A stretch of DNA of 63,978 bases, the filler included, from Stramenopiles sp. TOSAG23-2 (Eukaryota), in NCBI GenBank assembly GCA_900128395.1. It is 3 parts of 3 records of this genome, joined end to end, with 100 filler letters (N's around TTAATTAATTAA, not from the genome) between each part and the next. Parts side by side here need not be neighbours in the genome. Positions count along the whole stretch, not along the records: positions 43,839 to 63,978 come from LT649562.1; 2 more parts are not named here. One strand, written 5' to 3'. Below are positions 54,373 to 63,978 of this stretch, in pieces. The translations under genes were made by a program, and so were the position numbers. The notes under the pieces were generated by a model that worked only from the letters and a program-made list of their open reading frames with translations, ran no database searches and had not been told where the DNA came from. Each line of letters opens with the position of its first letter. The stretch's first letter is position 1.

Positions 54373-56532
54373 ATGTCAAATGTTATTAATGATTTACAAA
54401 AAAAAATTAAAAACTGGAACCTCTTCGAAAAACGCGATTGGCCACATAGAGGCAAAAAAGTCACAGATGTTCCATGTTTTGAATTATTACATTATCCATT
54501 GAATGAATTCGTTAGTCCAGGTGGTAAAAATCATAACTGTGATAATTGCAATCAAGGTTGTCAATGTATACATGATAACGTTTTATGTTGGAAATGTAAA
54601 GGTGCCTTCTGTCTTTGGTGCACGGCGCCACAAAGAAATCCCAACCTGTTAACCAACCTCCCAGTCGAAACTATTGTAGAAAAAGGTTTTGGAACATGCC
54701 CAACTTGCCAAGAGCCGTTGCGTGCAATTGCAATGCCAATTATCTTTAGACAAATGAAGGAAATGTCAGCATTTGGGCCAGATGGTAATCAAGATGGCGG
54801 CTTCAAAATACTACAAAGTGAAGCTGAAATGGCATTAAAACAAGCGAATCATTTTCGTAAAAAAATTAAAGCTGACGCTGATGATGAAGATGAAAAAAAC
54901 AATAATAAAAACTCTGATGAGGACGAAAAGAATAGAAAAAAAGCAATTAGCGAATATACGCATGCGATAAATTGCATAAATACGATTGCGTCTACAACTC
55001 GTGGTAATCGTTTTGCTTTACGTGCTAAGGATATTTATTTAATATCACACATTCATCGCGCTAAACTTGAAGGTAATAAGAAATTAGCTAAAAAAATTAA
55101 AAAAATACAACCTGAGGCATCCATTCGTCCACAGGCAGCTACATTACGAAGAGGAACCAAGTATGGAAGTACTAACAATGATCGCAAGAAGAACTATATT
55201 GCATGGAACCGATTTGATAATGCTTTTTACAATTTGTTTTTTACCCCGCCTGTAATGTGGGTGAATCATTTGTTACATGTCGATACAAGAAATGCCCAAT
55301 CACGACAAGCAGCACTTGATTCTGATTATACAATATTTCAATTGGAAAACAAATTTAACGGTTTATTAAATATTCGCAATGGTGTTTCAAATTGTCCGGA
55401 GGTCCAATCTTGTGGAAAACCAGCACTTAATACAATTAATAATACATATTCTTCTTTATCTGGAATAAGACGTGGTGCCAACCATTTTCAACCTTTGGTT
55501 CATCCAAATGCTCTTTGTCATCAGGAAAAAATGTCTTCACTGATACAATTTTGCTGGGCTTTTCCTACATTTCTTGATGCATCGGAATATTTGCGTATCA
55601 AAATCGAAAATAAAGAAATGACGGAAGAAAATACGAAAGGTTTTGATTATTTGAAATGCAAATTTAATAAAAAGTTAAGCCATAAATTAACAAAAAAATT
55701 TAATAAATTAAATTCTGGAGGAGAAAAATTGCAAACAGCGAGAATCTACGTAACAAGTACAAGTACAACAACTGCATCATTTGCAATAGCCGCGTTAAAT
55801 ATAATGGCAGTTATTAGCAATGTGGCATGTAAAGTGTATGTTTGTTATATTGATATGACTTCGAGCAGACAGAACTCTGATCCAGGTACATTAGCAGCAG
55901 GTAGACCAAAGAATTTGGAAGATTTTCTCTTTAAAAAGGCATCAACAGCTATGGTACATATGTATCGTAGAATTAAATATTTCAAAACAATATCTACATC
56001 TGAGCTTTTATTATTTCCAGAAAATTGTCATGATGGTTTGGTATGTAGTTTTTGTGGGATTACAACAGGACATAATGAGCCATTGCTTAGATGTTCACGT
56101 TGCCGTGGGGTTAATTATTGCTCAAAAGCATGTCAACAAAAACATTGGAACTTTCCGGCAAATCCGCATAAAAAAGTTTGCAAAAAAGTCAAGTCTGCTA
56201 CAAGTAATCATGAAAAAGAAACAGATCAGTATGATAAATTAACAATCGGAACTCGTGTGCGAATATTCGATTTAAAATCTGAAGCAGGAAAAAAATTAAA
56301 TGGTAAAATTGGATATGTAGGGCTTAAAAAAAAAAAAGATGATAATAATAGTCGTGTTGGTGTTGTTTTGGAAGATAATTTATCAATCGATGGGGTTCTA
56401 AAATGCATTAAAGGAACAATTACATGGGATGAACTATCTAACAAACCAATGAAATTATTGAAACAAAGTAATTTAATGATAATGGAATCGGATGGGCATG
56501 GGGTAATGATGATGCCTATGATTAGTTCATGA
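54373..56532 (+). CDS. MYND zinc-finger protein with an N-terminal RING-like Cys cluster
   Basis: CSFCG...LLRCSRCRGVNYCSKACQQKHW...HKKVC (MYND). N-terminal CDNC...CWKCKGAFCLWC...CPTC. C-terminal GTRVRIFDLKS..GKKLNGKIG module. Confidence 0.8.
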   Translation: MSNVINDLQKKIKNWNLFEKRDWPHRGKKVTDVPCFELLHYPLNEFVSPGGKNHNCDNCNQGCQCIHDNVLCWKCKGAFCLWCTAPQRNPNLLTNLPVETIVEKGFGTCPTCQEPLRAIAMPIIFRQMKEMSAFGPDGNQDGGFKILQSEAEMALKQANHFRKKIKADADDEDEKNNNKNSDEDEKNRKKAISEYTHAINCINTIASTTRGNRFALRAKDIYLISHIHRAKLEGNKKLAKKIKKIQPEASIRPQAATLRRGTKYGSTNNDRKKNYIAWNRFDNAFYNLFFTPPVMWVNHLLHVDTRNAQSRQAALDSDYTIFQLENKFNGLLNIRNGVSNCPEVQSCGKPALNTINNTYSSLSGIRRGANHFQPLVHPNALCHQEKMSSLIQFCWAFPTFLDASEYLRIKIENKEMTEENTKGFDYLKCKFNKKLSHKLTKKFNKLNSGGEKLQTARIYVTSTSTTTASFAIAALNIMAVISNVACKVYVCYIDMTSSRQNSDPGTLAAGRPKNLEDFLFKKASTAMVHMYRRIKYFKTISTSELLLFPENCHDGLVCSFCGITTGHNEPLLRCSRCRGVNYCSKACQQKHWNFPANPHKKVCKKVKSATSNHEKETDQYDKLTIGTRVRIFDLKSEAGKKLNGKIGYVGLKKKKDDNNSRVGVVLEDNLSIDGVLKCIKGTITWDELSNKPMKLLKQSNLMIMESDGHGVMMMPMISS

Positions 56533-57234
56533 AGAGTCGTCGATTTTACGTGTACTAACCTGTCATTTATAAACATTATTTTTGAAATTTTTACGAAGCC
56601 GTATTTATAATTATTTTTATACATGTATCACACATCACATATCGTCACATATAATACGTAGTGCACTAGTCTGTGAATAAACAGGAATATTTTTTTTGGC
56701 GATTCTGTCACAATTTTTCTGTTAGACTATAAAAATCTATACTTAAATTAACGTTTGTCACAAAAAAATTAGTATTGAAATAGGATTAAAAGTAAAATAT
56801 TTTGCTTTTCCTATATAATTAAAAGATCCAAACTCCGTTCTCCTTAATAATAATATGAAGGTCAATCTAAGTACAAATTATTAGTATACGTTTAAATAAA
56901 TATATAGGATAAAAATAAAACGTAATAGCATTGTTAAGTAAATATTCCTGTATTTTCACCGAGTCTTTGCTTGCCCTGCTGTGTGTATGTGGGCTTGCGC
57001 TCAGAAGTCCTAAATTTATGGGCTGAGGCAAGGGGCAAGACGAGACGATTATTATTATTTTATTATGAGTGTAGGGACCGGAGTAACATATACGTATATC
57101 GGCGACTTCAACTGTGAGGGAGAGAGATTGAAAGTTATTGGTGCATTGATAGTAATATATTCATACGAGGCAATTACTTTGAACTATCGTAGGTAGTGTT
57201 TGATTACAAAAACAACAAAGAAGACAAAAAAAAA

Positions 57235-59754
57235 ATGGGAAACGCATCAGGAATGACTTCGATGAATCGACCTCAAACGAAAGGGTGGTTAAAAGCATGT
57301 GAAGATATACCAGAGGAACATCCTGCTGCCCGTGAACGAGCCTTTCGTGCATGTTGGTTTAATGGTATATGGATGGCGCATATAAATCCTGCCGGGATAA
57401 TTCGCTCTTCTCCTTGGGATGGTTTGGGAAGGAAAGGGGCAAAAATCGATCGCTTTTCATTTTACGATACAGTATTTAATGAAACTGCAGCGTTATTGCT
57501 TGAGGATACTTTTGCTAATAAAAATATTTTGAGTGGTATTCCAGAGTGCAAACAATTTATCAACAGATATTTACCAGGTGTTGTCTTACGCAGTGACGAC
57601 AATGGCATGCCTACAAATGCAGAATTATGGAACAAAATATTCGAGTGTGGTGACTTTCGCCCTTACATTGAAGTTGCTCGCGCATATCCAGATCTTGATA
57701 CTAGAGAAGCTGGTAAACACGCATCCGTGAAAGGAACATCTGCGGAAAATCACCCTGATGAGTATCAAAGAATCACTACAAAAGCAGGAAGTCGATTATG
57801 GGGAATCGGATTTTCTAGTCCGGGCGGAAACGATGTAGATACGTTGAAGGCAGCTTATCCCAGTCAATTAATGGTTCGTTTTGATGAAGTAGGTAAGTCT
57901 TTGATTTACGAAGCTTTAGAAATCGTTCCTACCGTATTACCTGAAACATTAACAAAAGAGGATGGTGTGAAGTTTGTTGTTAACAATTTCGTGGATGGTA
58001 TTAAAGGCCACTGCTCTGGTGAAATTCTGAATGCTTATGTTAACGAGTTGATGAGAATGAAAATAAAAGGAAGCAGTACAACGAATAACCCAATGGAAGT
58101 ATACATGATGTCAAATGCAATGCATGATATGGATGCAAGGGCCGAAGAAGAAGCCGGTATAAATGTAAAATCAAATGTTGACCCTGATGCGGCTGTATTG
58201 TTTCCAGTTGCAGAGTGGATACGTTACAAATATTCATGCAGTCACAGCGTACGATTTAGTATTGAAAAAATAAAAGGTGCGCGTTTGTGCGTTTTTAATT
58301 TTAAAAGACCGCATGGTGATTTACCAGAAGAAGTAGCGATGGGCCGAAATTCAGCTTTCTTACCGTTATCAAAGCTTGGCGTGGCTTCTGAAGACGATGA
58401 TGATGGAGAAGTTGCTGTTGGAAGCCAAGCATGCGGTGGGAAAATCGAGCCTCTTGCCGTGTTAGTGTTTGAAATGGAAAATAAGGGAGGAAATATCAAC
58501 CCATCATTCGCAAGAACACAGATCTTCCCACCAAAAACAGGAAGAGAATTTACCGCCAGGGAAAAAGTTGATGATTGGACACCCAATGAAATATTTTCAA
58601 AGGCTACCAGGCATTACATAATTGGTGATGTAAGCGAAATGAAAGAGTTGGCAAACTTTTTATGTAGTAAAAGTCCTCATATTAATGGTCTATTTGACCA
58701 ATTTCCTTCAACTTTTACTAGTGATAACACAAATGTTTCTAGTACCAAACCTATGATGACAACAACATCATCAAAGAAAGTAACCAGTGCTACTTTACAG
58801 AAAAAGAATTCCACGAAAAAAAATGCTGTTTCAAATTCGCTTCTTGGATCAATTAAATTGTTACATCCAAAGAAAACATCTGATATTGTGCTTGATAAAG
58901 TAACTGGGAGCAGCAGTTCGCCCACAAAACCACCACCGGCCAAGAAATTAAAAACGACGAAGGTTCCTGAACAATCTTTTCAAACAAAAAAAGAAGTCCA
59001 TGAATTTTTGCAACGTTGTGGTGTAACGGATCCACAAAGAGCCAACGCGTGTCTTAAAGCTGCATTGTTAAATGGAAAATTAGCTGTGCCAAAGGAATTA
59101 TTGCATGCTAAAGATGCATCCTCCTATCTAAATACCGAAATTTTTACTGCACCATGTTACTGTTGTGGTGATGGGAGCTATGTTTGTAGAGTACGTCATA
59201 TTATTCATCAAGACAATGGCGGAACTGATGTCGTAGATTGGGAAGATGACCATCCATTTTATTGCAATAGCTGTGAAAAATCAGCGTATGTATCTCTTTT
59301 ATGTTACGGCGAGCCACAATTCGTCAGCGAAAAAAGTCACAATCACTGTAATAAATGCCCTGCTTTTGGCGAATGTATCGGGGATTATCGCGAAAGACAC
59401 TGCAATTCGTGTGGAAAACATTACTATGGTGGTGCTGGAGGTATATTTAATTGTATTGGTTGTGGTCGGTCGAGTAACGATGCTGAACAATTTGACTCTA
59501 ACGTTGAGAAAGGCCCAAGTTCAAAAACGACACTTTTGAACAACCCAAATCTTTTACAATGGAATGGCTTGCTAAAGTTGAACGAAAATATTGTTATTCC
59601 AAACCTTGACGAGGAAAGAGACAAGCTGCGAAAAACGATTCAAAACAATGAACGTTTCTCTAATGAGATATCTGAAGAAGAAATAAACAATCTCCCTCTT
59701 TGTGAATTGCGCGAAGAAATGAAATCAATAATATTTTATGGAGTGAGATGGTGA
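57235..59754 (+). CDS. Uncharacterised 839-aa protein: possible N-myristoylation (MGNAS), divergent NADAR-like N-terminal domain, C-terminal Cys/His-rich domain
   Basis: Long ORF with ATG at 57235. NADAR-like spaced motifs (ERAFRACWF, GLGRK, IEVA, LWGIG, GKSLIYEAL). C-terminal CYCCG...CNSC...HNHCNKC..FGECIGDYRERHCNSCGKHY...CIGC. The domain calls are less certain than the CDS. Confidence 0.75.
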   Translation: MGNASGMTSMNRPQTKGWLKACEDIPEEHPAARERAFRACWFNGIWMAHINPAGIIRSSPWDGLGRKGAKIDRFSFYDTVFNETAALLLEDTFANKNILSGIPECKQFINRYLPGVVLRSDDNGMPTNAELWNKIFECGDFRPYIEVARAYPDLDTREAGKHASVKGTSAENHPDEYQRITTKAGSRLWGIGFSSPGGNDVDTLKAAYPSQLMVRFDEVGKSLIYEALEIVPTVLPETLTKEDGVKFVVNNFVDGIKGHCSGEILNAYVNELMRMKIKGSSTTNNPMEVYMMSNAMHDMDARAEEEAGINVKSNVDPDAAVLFPVAEWIRYKYSCSHSVRFSIEKIKGARLCVFNFKRPHGDLPEEVAMGRNSAFLPLSKLGVASEDDDDGEVAVGSQACGGKIEPLAVLVFEMENKGGNINPSFARTQIFPPKTGREFTAREKVDDWTPNEIFSKATRHYIIGDVSEMKELANFLCSKSPHINGLFDQFPSTFTSDNTNVSSTKPMMTTTSSKKVTSATLQKKNSTKKNAVSNSLLGSIKLLHPKKTSDIVLDKVTGSSSSPTKPPPAKKLKTTKVPEQSFQTKKEVHEFLQRCGVTDPQRANACLKAALLNGKLAVPKELLHAKDASSYLNTEIFTAPCYCCGDGSYVCRVRHIIHQDNGGTDVVDWEDDHPFYCNSCEKSAYVSLLCYGEPQFVSEKSHNHCNKCPAFGECIGDYRERHCNSCGKHYYGGAGGIFNCIGCGRSSNDAEQFDSNVEKGPSSKTTLLNNPNLLQWNGLLKLNENIVIPNLDEERDKLRKTIQNNERFSNEISEEEINNLPLCELREEMKSIIFYGVRW

Positions 59755-59830
59755 TACTCGTAGCCAGGTAAATAGCATTAATTAGGCCGTACACAGGCTT
59801 ACGAAAGTACATTTTAATTTTTCTTTTGTG

Positions 59831-62800
59831 TTACCATTTTAATTTTTTTAAAAACGCGCTATACTTTTCTACAACTAAAATATCATCCAAGCTCTTCATA
59901 TCTACTAAATCAATCACCAACTTATTTCGATAAAATGCAACCTGCCTTTCCATTTTACTCATTAAAAATCTATAACGACTTTGTTTTCGTTTCAATACAT
60001 AAAAAAATGCTGAAAGGCCAATGTAAATAATCTCATTCTCGTTCATATTTGATTTTGTATTAAATTTGTTACATCGATCATTAATCAACCAATTCCCATA
60101 TTTACATGAATCTACAACAACATGATAAAAAAAATCCGGATTCTTATTTGGTTGTTGAGGCAACCGTTGGATAAGAGAATGGTATTTAATCGCAGCAACT
60201 AAATACATGTGAAATGCATTGATACGGACTGTCTTTATTCCATTCAATACAATATCAAATAATAATGCATGGCATTTTGGTTTTAAAAATGCGCGTATTT
60301 TCTTTGAAAGTTCTTCACCGGTGGTTACATTTGTAACTACATCTTTCATTTTCACATTTTCATATTTTGAATAATCTCCTTTGATTTCACCAGTTGTAGT
60401 ATTAATCAGTAGACCACACCATGTTAAATTACCACCCTCCTCAATACGAGTAAAATCATTTTCTTTTAACTTGCAATTGAAATTAATCTTTGTTTTTGAT
60501 GATTTTACATTACATGCAAATTCCGGTACACCAGTATGCATCGTACGTACAAAATATTCAGCTATTGTCTTTTCTTTAGTAACAAGTAAATAATCATCAA
60601 TTAAACGAACCATAATAGATGGTGATGCTATATCAGATGATAGGGAAGAAGACGAAGATGATGGAGGTAACAATAAATGTGAATGAGAAGTTTTCCCTTT
60701 TTTGACATTTTTATTCTTCTCTAAGTGGTTTGCTGACGTAAATACTTGTGGAAATTTCATCCTTTCCATTTTTCCGTAATACAAATTACACATTAAAGTT
60801 GAAAGTATGCTACCTTGTGGTATTCCATTTGTTTGCAAATAACTTTGCCCAGGGGCAACATTTACGAGGTTGTTAAAAACATGATCTTTCAAAATTTCAA
60901 TCAATTTTTCTTTTTCTTCATTACGATAAATAACACTATCCGTAAACACTGCTGATCGTTTTGATTTCGAAAGCTCATTAGATAATTGCAAAAATTGTTT
61001 TTCATTACCCAATGTATTTGCCTCTTGAATATACGTAACTCTTGTAGATTGGTCTGCTGGTTCAGGATGCACAACTGAATATCGTTGAAATACATATTCT
61101 GTCTCTTTTAATATATTTTGAACAATATCAAAACATTTCTGCTGTGAAATGGAATCATAACATGTCATAATGTCCAACGCGACAAAATACAATTTCTCGC
61201 CTTTGTTCTTGACTAAAAAAGGTCTTAACTTTTTATATATATCATCATGCCCATATACAGCTGCTCCTAATAATGATGGATTTCGCTCAGTTTCATATTT
61301 TAATGCTTTGTATGTATTTTTTAATAATTGATTTTTCGATAAACCACGAGAGGTTGATGATGATGAAGAACCAACATTATTCTTACTTTTTTTTCTTTTT
61401 CTAGACATGTTCATAATAGGTCGAACAGTTCGTTTTTTCGGCACAAATCGAAGTATAACTTCTGGATTTTCCTTTTTTCTACTACTACCCGTATGAATCA
61501 TACCATTAGTATTTTCAACATCAACATTCATAAATGTGGAATTATCTGAACGTAATAACTTTTGTCTTTTTAATTTTTCAATTGCAATTGATTGAATTTG
61601 GTTCCATACTGAGCGACGATAATAACCAACTTTATTAAATGATGACTCCATTTCAGTAATGTAAAAATCATGCCTTAATATTGGAATAACTATTTCTATG
61701 TATATATATTGAACAAATTTTTGAAGTAACGTTAAACGCATTTCATTTGTGGATGGTGGTTCATGATGTTCGGGCATAACACGAGAATTATTGTTATCCC
61801 TTGTTACTAAAGAGGGGGATGATGATGATGACGATAACCATGGCATGTGAGTGGTTTTAATCGACATGATTAATCTATCCAAACGAACAACATCATGCCT
61901 ACCACATTGCAGAAAATATTTTAAATTCGATCGGAAGACATTTTCGTTATGTTTTGATCCAAAAAAACTTGGTGATAACAAACAATGTAAGACATTCCAA
62001 ATGTAATGAACAACATTAGTTGTTGGTGTATTCAGTTGCGTTAACATACCAAGTTTTAATTCTAATTCATGAATGGTCATATCTTTCATTCCTGGTTCTT
62101 TGGGGGGGGGGATATTTCCTTTCTCTTTAAACTTGATAAGTGGGCAATGTTTATTAATGAGACGGTTGTATTCACATGTTGCATGGTTTTCCATTATTTG
62201 TTGAATTGGAAGGACAAGTTTTAAATATGATTTTGGTAATCTTCTTATCTTAGCCCCACTTTTCTTTGAATTATATTTGTTTTTCATTCTATTTTTCGCG
62301 CCAGATTGTTTTAAAATATGTTTAAAGATAATATCCATCGCCTTTGTCTTACTAGCTAAAGAAGAATTTGCAATCATTATATCTATACGTTTTGGTGGAC
62401 CTATGAAGTGATATTTAGATAAGCCTGGTTTAGACGGGAAAGTTTGCGAATAAAACATACTCATTCTTGGTACGTATACAATTTTATTGGATAATACTTT
62501 ACGACGGTGCAATTCATTCGAAACATCGCTTAATGCGGGTCCAGTAATTTGCATAAAACAACCATTTTCTAGACTTTTAAAAATACTGCAATTTAATAAC
62601 ATATGTAACATTAATTCATCTCCAATTTTGTTTAAAATATCTTCCCAAAAGTTTGTTTGCAATATATTTACAAGTGTATTTGGGTAAAAATTAGCAATAG
62701 CAGGTGCACCAACAATACTTGAGGTGCCAGATATATTGTAACCGGTTGGTGCACCATAACCAAGCGAAAGTACGTTGTGCAAGTTTACATGTTGCTGATC

Positions 62801-63193
62801 ATGGCTATTATTTTTTTTCTTATTATTATTATTATTGTTCCCATTACTACTACTACCAATGCTATTATTTCGTTTGATAGTAGCAGCTAATTTTGCATAT
62901 TTATCACATAAAATGGATATCGCATATTGTACAAGTTCTTTCTGCGATGAATTTTTCGTTAGCAATGCTTCATTTAATTTCTTTTGTTCATTCAACAATT
63001 CTTGTTCCGCATTTTCTGTAAATATTGGTGTTCTAGCAATATAAAACATGTCTTTTGAATTGTATTTGTCGTCGCAAAAGTTTGTTTTTTGAATTTCTAA
63101 TGAAACAGATCGAGGCTTGATTAAATTGTTTACATAATCTTCAACATTTTGTATGTCTGTGTATATATTTTTCAACATACTTTTAGCTGACAT
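59831..63193 (-). CDS. TERT: Telomerase reverse transcriptase, intronless, 1120 aa
   Basis: TEN (NVLSLGY, WE.IL..IGD.LM.HML..CSIF...NGCFMQITG), CP (Y..LI.KHCP), QFP-region FFGS.HN, T motif FYITE...YYRR.VW, motifs 1/2 LRFVPKK..VRPI, A YFVALDI..CYDSI, B' GIPQGSILS..CNLYY, C VRLIDDYL, E WCGLLI. Confidence 0.98.
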   Translation of the reverse strand: MSAKSMLKNIYTDIQNVEDYVNNLIKPRSVSLEIQKTNFCDDKYNSKDMFYIARTPIFTENAEQELLNEQKKLNEALLTKNSSQKELVQYAISILCDKYAKLAATIKRNNSIGSSSNGNNNNNNKKKNNSHDQQHVNLHNVLSLGYGAPTGYNISGTSSIVGAPAIANFYPNTLVNILQTNFWEDILNKIGDELMLHMLLNCSIFKSLENGCFMQITGPALSDVSNELHRRKVLSNKIVYVPRMSMFYSQTFPSKPGLSKYHFIGPPKRIDIMIANSSLASKTKAMDIIFKHILKQSGAKNRMKNKYNSKKSGAKIRRLPKSYLKLVLPIQQIMENHATCEYNRLINKHCPLIKFKEKGNIPPPKEPGMKDMTIHELELKLGMLTQLNTPTTNVVHYIWNVLHCLLSPSFFGSKHNENVFRSNLKYFLQCGRHDVVRLDRLIMSIKTTHMPWLSSSSSSPSLVTRDNNNSRVMPEHHEPPSTNEMRLTLLQKFVQYIYIEIVIPILRHDFYITEMESSFNKVGYYRRSVWNQIQSIAIEKLKRQKLLRSDNSTFMNVDVENTNGMIHTGSSRKKENPEVILRFVPKKRTVRPIMNMSRKRKKSKNNVGSSSSSTSRGLSKNQLLKNTYKALKYETERNPSLLGAAVYGHDDIYKKLRPFLVKNKGEKLYFVALDIMTCYDSISQQKCFDIVQNILKETEYVFQRYSVVHPEPADQSTRVTYIQEANTLGNEKQFLQLSNELSKSKRSAVFTDSVIYRNEEKEKLIEILKDHVFNNLVNVAPGQSYLQTNGIPQGSILSTLMCNLYYGKMERMKFPQVFTSANHLEKNKNVKKGKTSHSHLLLPPSSSSSSLSSDIASPSIMVRLIDDYLLVTKEKTIAEYFVRTMHTGVPEFACNVKSSKTKINFNCKLKENDFTRIEEGGNLTWCGLLINTTTGEIKGDYSKYENVKMKDVVTNVTTGEELSKKIRAFLKPKCHALLFDIVLNGIKTVRINAFHMYLVAAIKYHSLIQRLPQQPNKNPDFFYHVVVDSCKYGNWLINDRCNKFNTKSNMNENEIIYIGLSAFFYVLKRKQSRYRFLMSKMERQVAFYRNKLVIDLVDMKSLDDILVVEKYSAFLKKLKW

Positions 63194-63236
63194 AATGTTG
63201 AGGTTGCTTGCTTATGCACAATATTGTTATTATTAT

Positions 63237-63632
63237 TTATTTATTGTTACTATTATTGATATTTTGTAATTTACTTAATTTAACTGCAAGCTGTATTTTA
63301 TCATTATTATTCACAGTATATTTCTGTCCTTTTAATAATAATAAATCTCTACTTGAAGTATTGTTATATTTCCTCAATTTATTATTCAGTTTCTTCACTT
63401 CAGTCTTTTTTATAGCAATCGAATCGTCCGTATCTGATATTTCGTGCTCCAAATACTTAACACGTTCTATGCTATTATTATACGATGTTTTAATTAATTG
63501 TAATCGTATTAAAAAATTTCCAATAATATCTTTTTGATAATTATATTTCTCGTCGTCCTTCTTCTTTTGTTGCTCAACAATTTGTACCAATTCTGTTTGA
63601 AATGCCTCTATTGCTTCAATATTAAATTCCAT
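63237..63632 (-). CDS. Hypothetical 131-aa coiled-coil protein immediately upstream of TERT
   Basis: ATG-initiated ORF with charged, heptad-like composition. No recognisable family. Confidence 0.5.
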   Translation of the reverse strand: MEFNIEAIEAFQTELVQIVEQQKKKDDEKYNYQKDIIGNFLIRLQLIKTSYNNSIERVKYLEHEISDTDDSIAIKKTEVKKLNNKLRKYNNTSSRDLLLLKGQKYTVNNNDKIQLAVKLSKLQNINNSNNK

Positions 63633-63978
63633 ATGTATGATTGGTTGTATAAAAAATTATTCGTCGTGAACTAATTTTTCTTGTTTTCAATGTTGCATCT
63701 ACCTCTGTTTTTCTTCCTTTCTATATATATGAATCTCTTAATCTTCATTTTTGAATTGGTTCAAAATGCATATTGGCAAACATTGCACTATTTATGCGTA
63801 TTATTTTCTCTTCTTGTTTTTTGGTGGTGTTAATTTTTCTGACGCAATTTGAAATTTTGGAACTCTCAAGTACAAAAAATACCTAATTTGGCCTATCAAA
63901 AATATCAAACACTACAAATCTAGTGAGTATATGAAAAGGACTATATTAAGTATAAATATGATAGGAAATGAAAAACAG

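Noticed and set aside
56990-57080. TPP riboswitch (CTGAG and TGTAGGGA words)
   Set aside because: It lacks the UGAGA-ACCC and ACCUGAU core and the spacing is wrong.
59831-63193. Retrotransposon or retron-type reverse transcriptase
   Set aside because: Telomerase-specific TEN, CP and T motifs are present, with no endonuclease, RNase H, integrase or LTRs.
63194-63245. Euplotes-like AAA-TAA +1 frameshift fusing the 131-aa ORF to TERT
   Set aside because: The TERT frame has several further TAA stops in the gap, including one seven codons before the ATG, and TERT's N-terminus looks complete.
44-63537. Numerous short antisense or overlapping ORFs in the track (e.g. 3982..4575, 42009..42431, 37275..37763)
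   Set aside because: They are shadows of real genes on the opposite strand or low-complexity AT-rich reads.

Overview
AT-rich, gene-dense eukaryotic genomic DNA with short GT-AG introns, (TA)n and (GT)n microsatellites and poly-Asn tracts. A marine protist, possibly a stramenopile, is a weak inference from gene style only. The window is three assembly pieces (1-21820, 21921-43738, 43839-63978) joined by artificial N-TTAATTAATTAA-N linkers, so synteny across the joins means nothing. Piece 1 is mostly a near-identical ~10.1 kb tandem duplication. Each copy carries PDCD2, a 4-exon bacterial-type rifampin-phosphotransferase/PigC-like enzyme, and a C2-GRAM-myotubularin-PX phosphatase. Piece 2 has a BEACH-WD40 protein, a Cet1-type mRNA triphosphatase, a PAQR receptor, a MAP2K and histone H1. 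It also has two unannotated hairpin-rich loci that share a ~65-bp conserved block and may be snRNA-type ncRNA genes. Piece 3 has a WHEP-bearing AspRS, a giant IQ/Sfi1-like/Trx/WW/B-box/EF-hand protein, a TLC protein, a MYND protein, a NADAR-like/Cys-rich protein and an intronless telomerase reverse transcriptase. The most promising leads are the paired structured-RNA loci, the intron-bearing RPH/PigC-like gene, TA-CCWGG-TA footprint-like insertions and the NADAR-like gene next to TERT. All calls are by eye; no searches were run.
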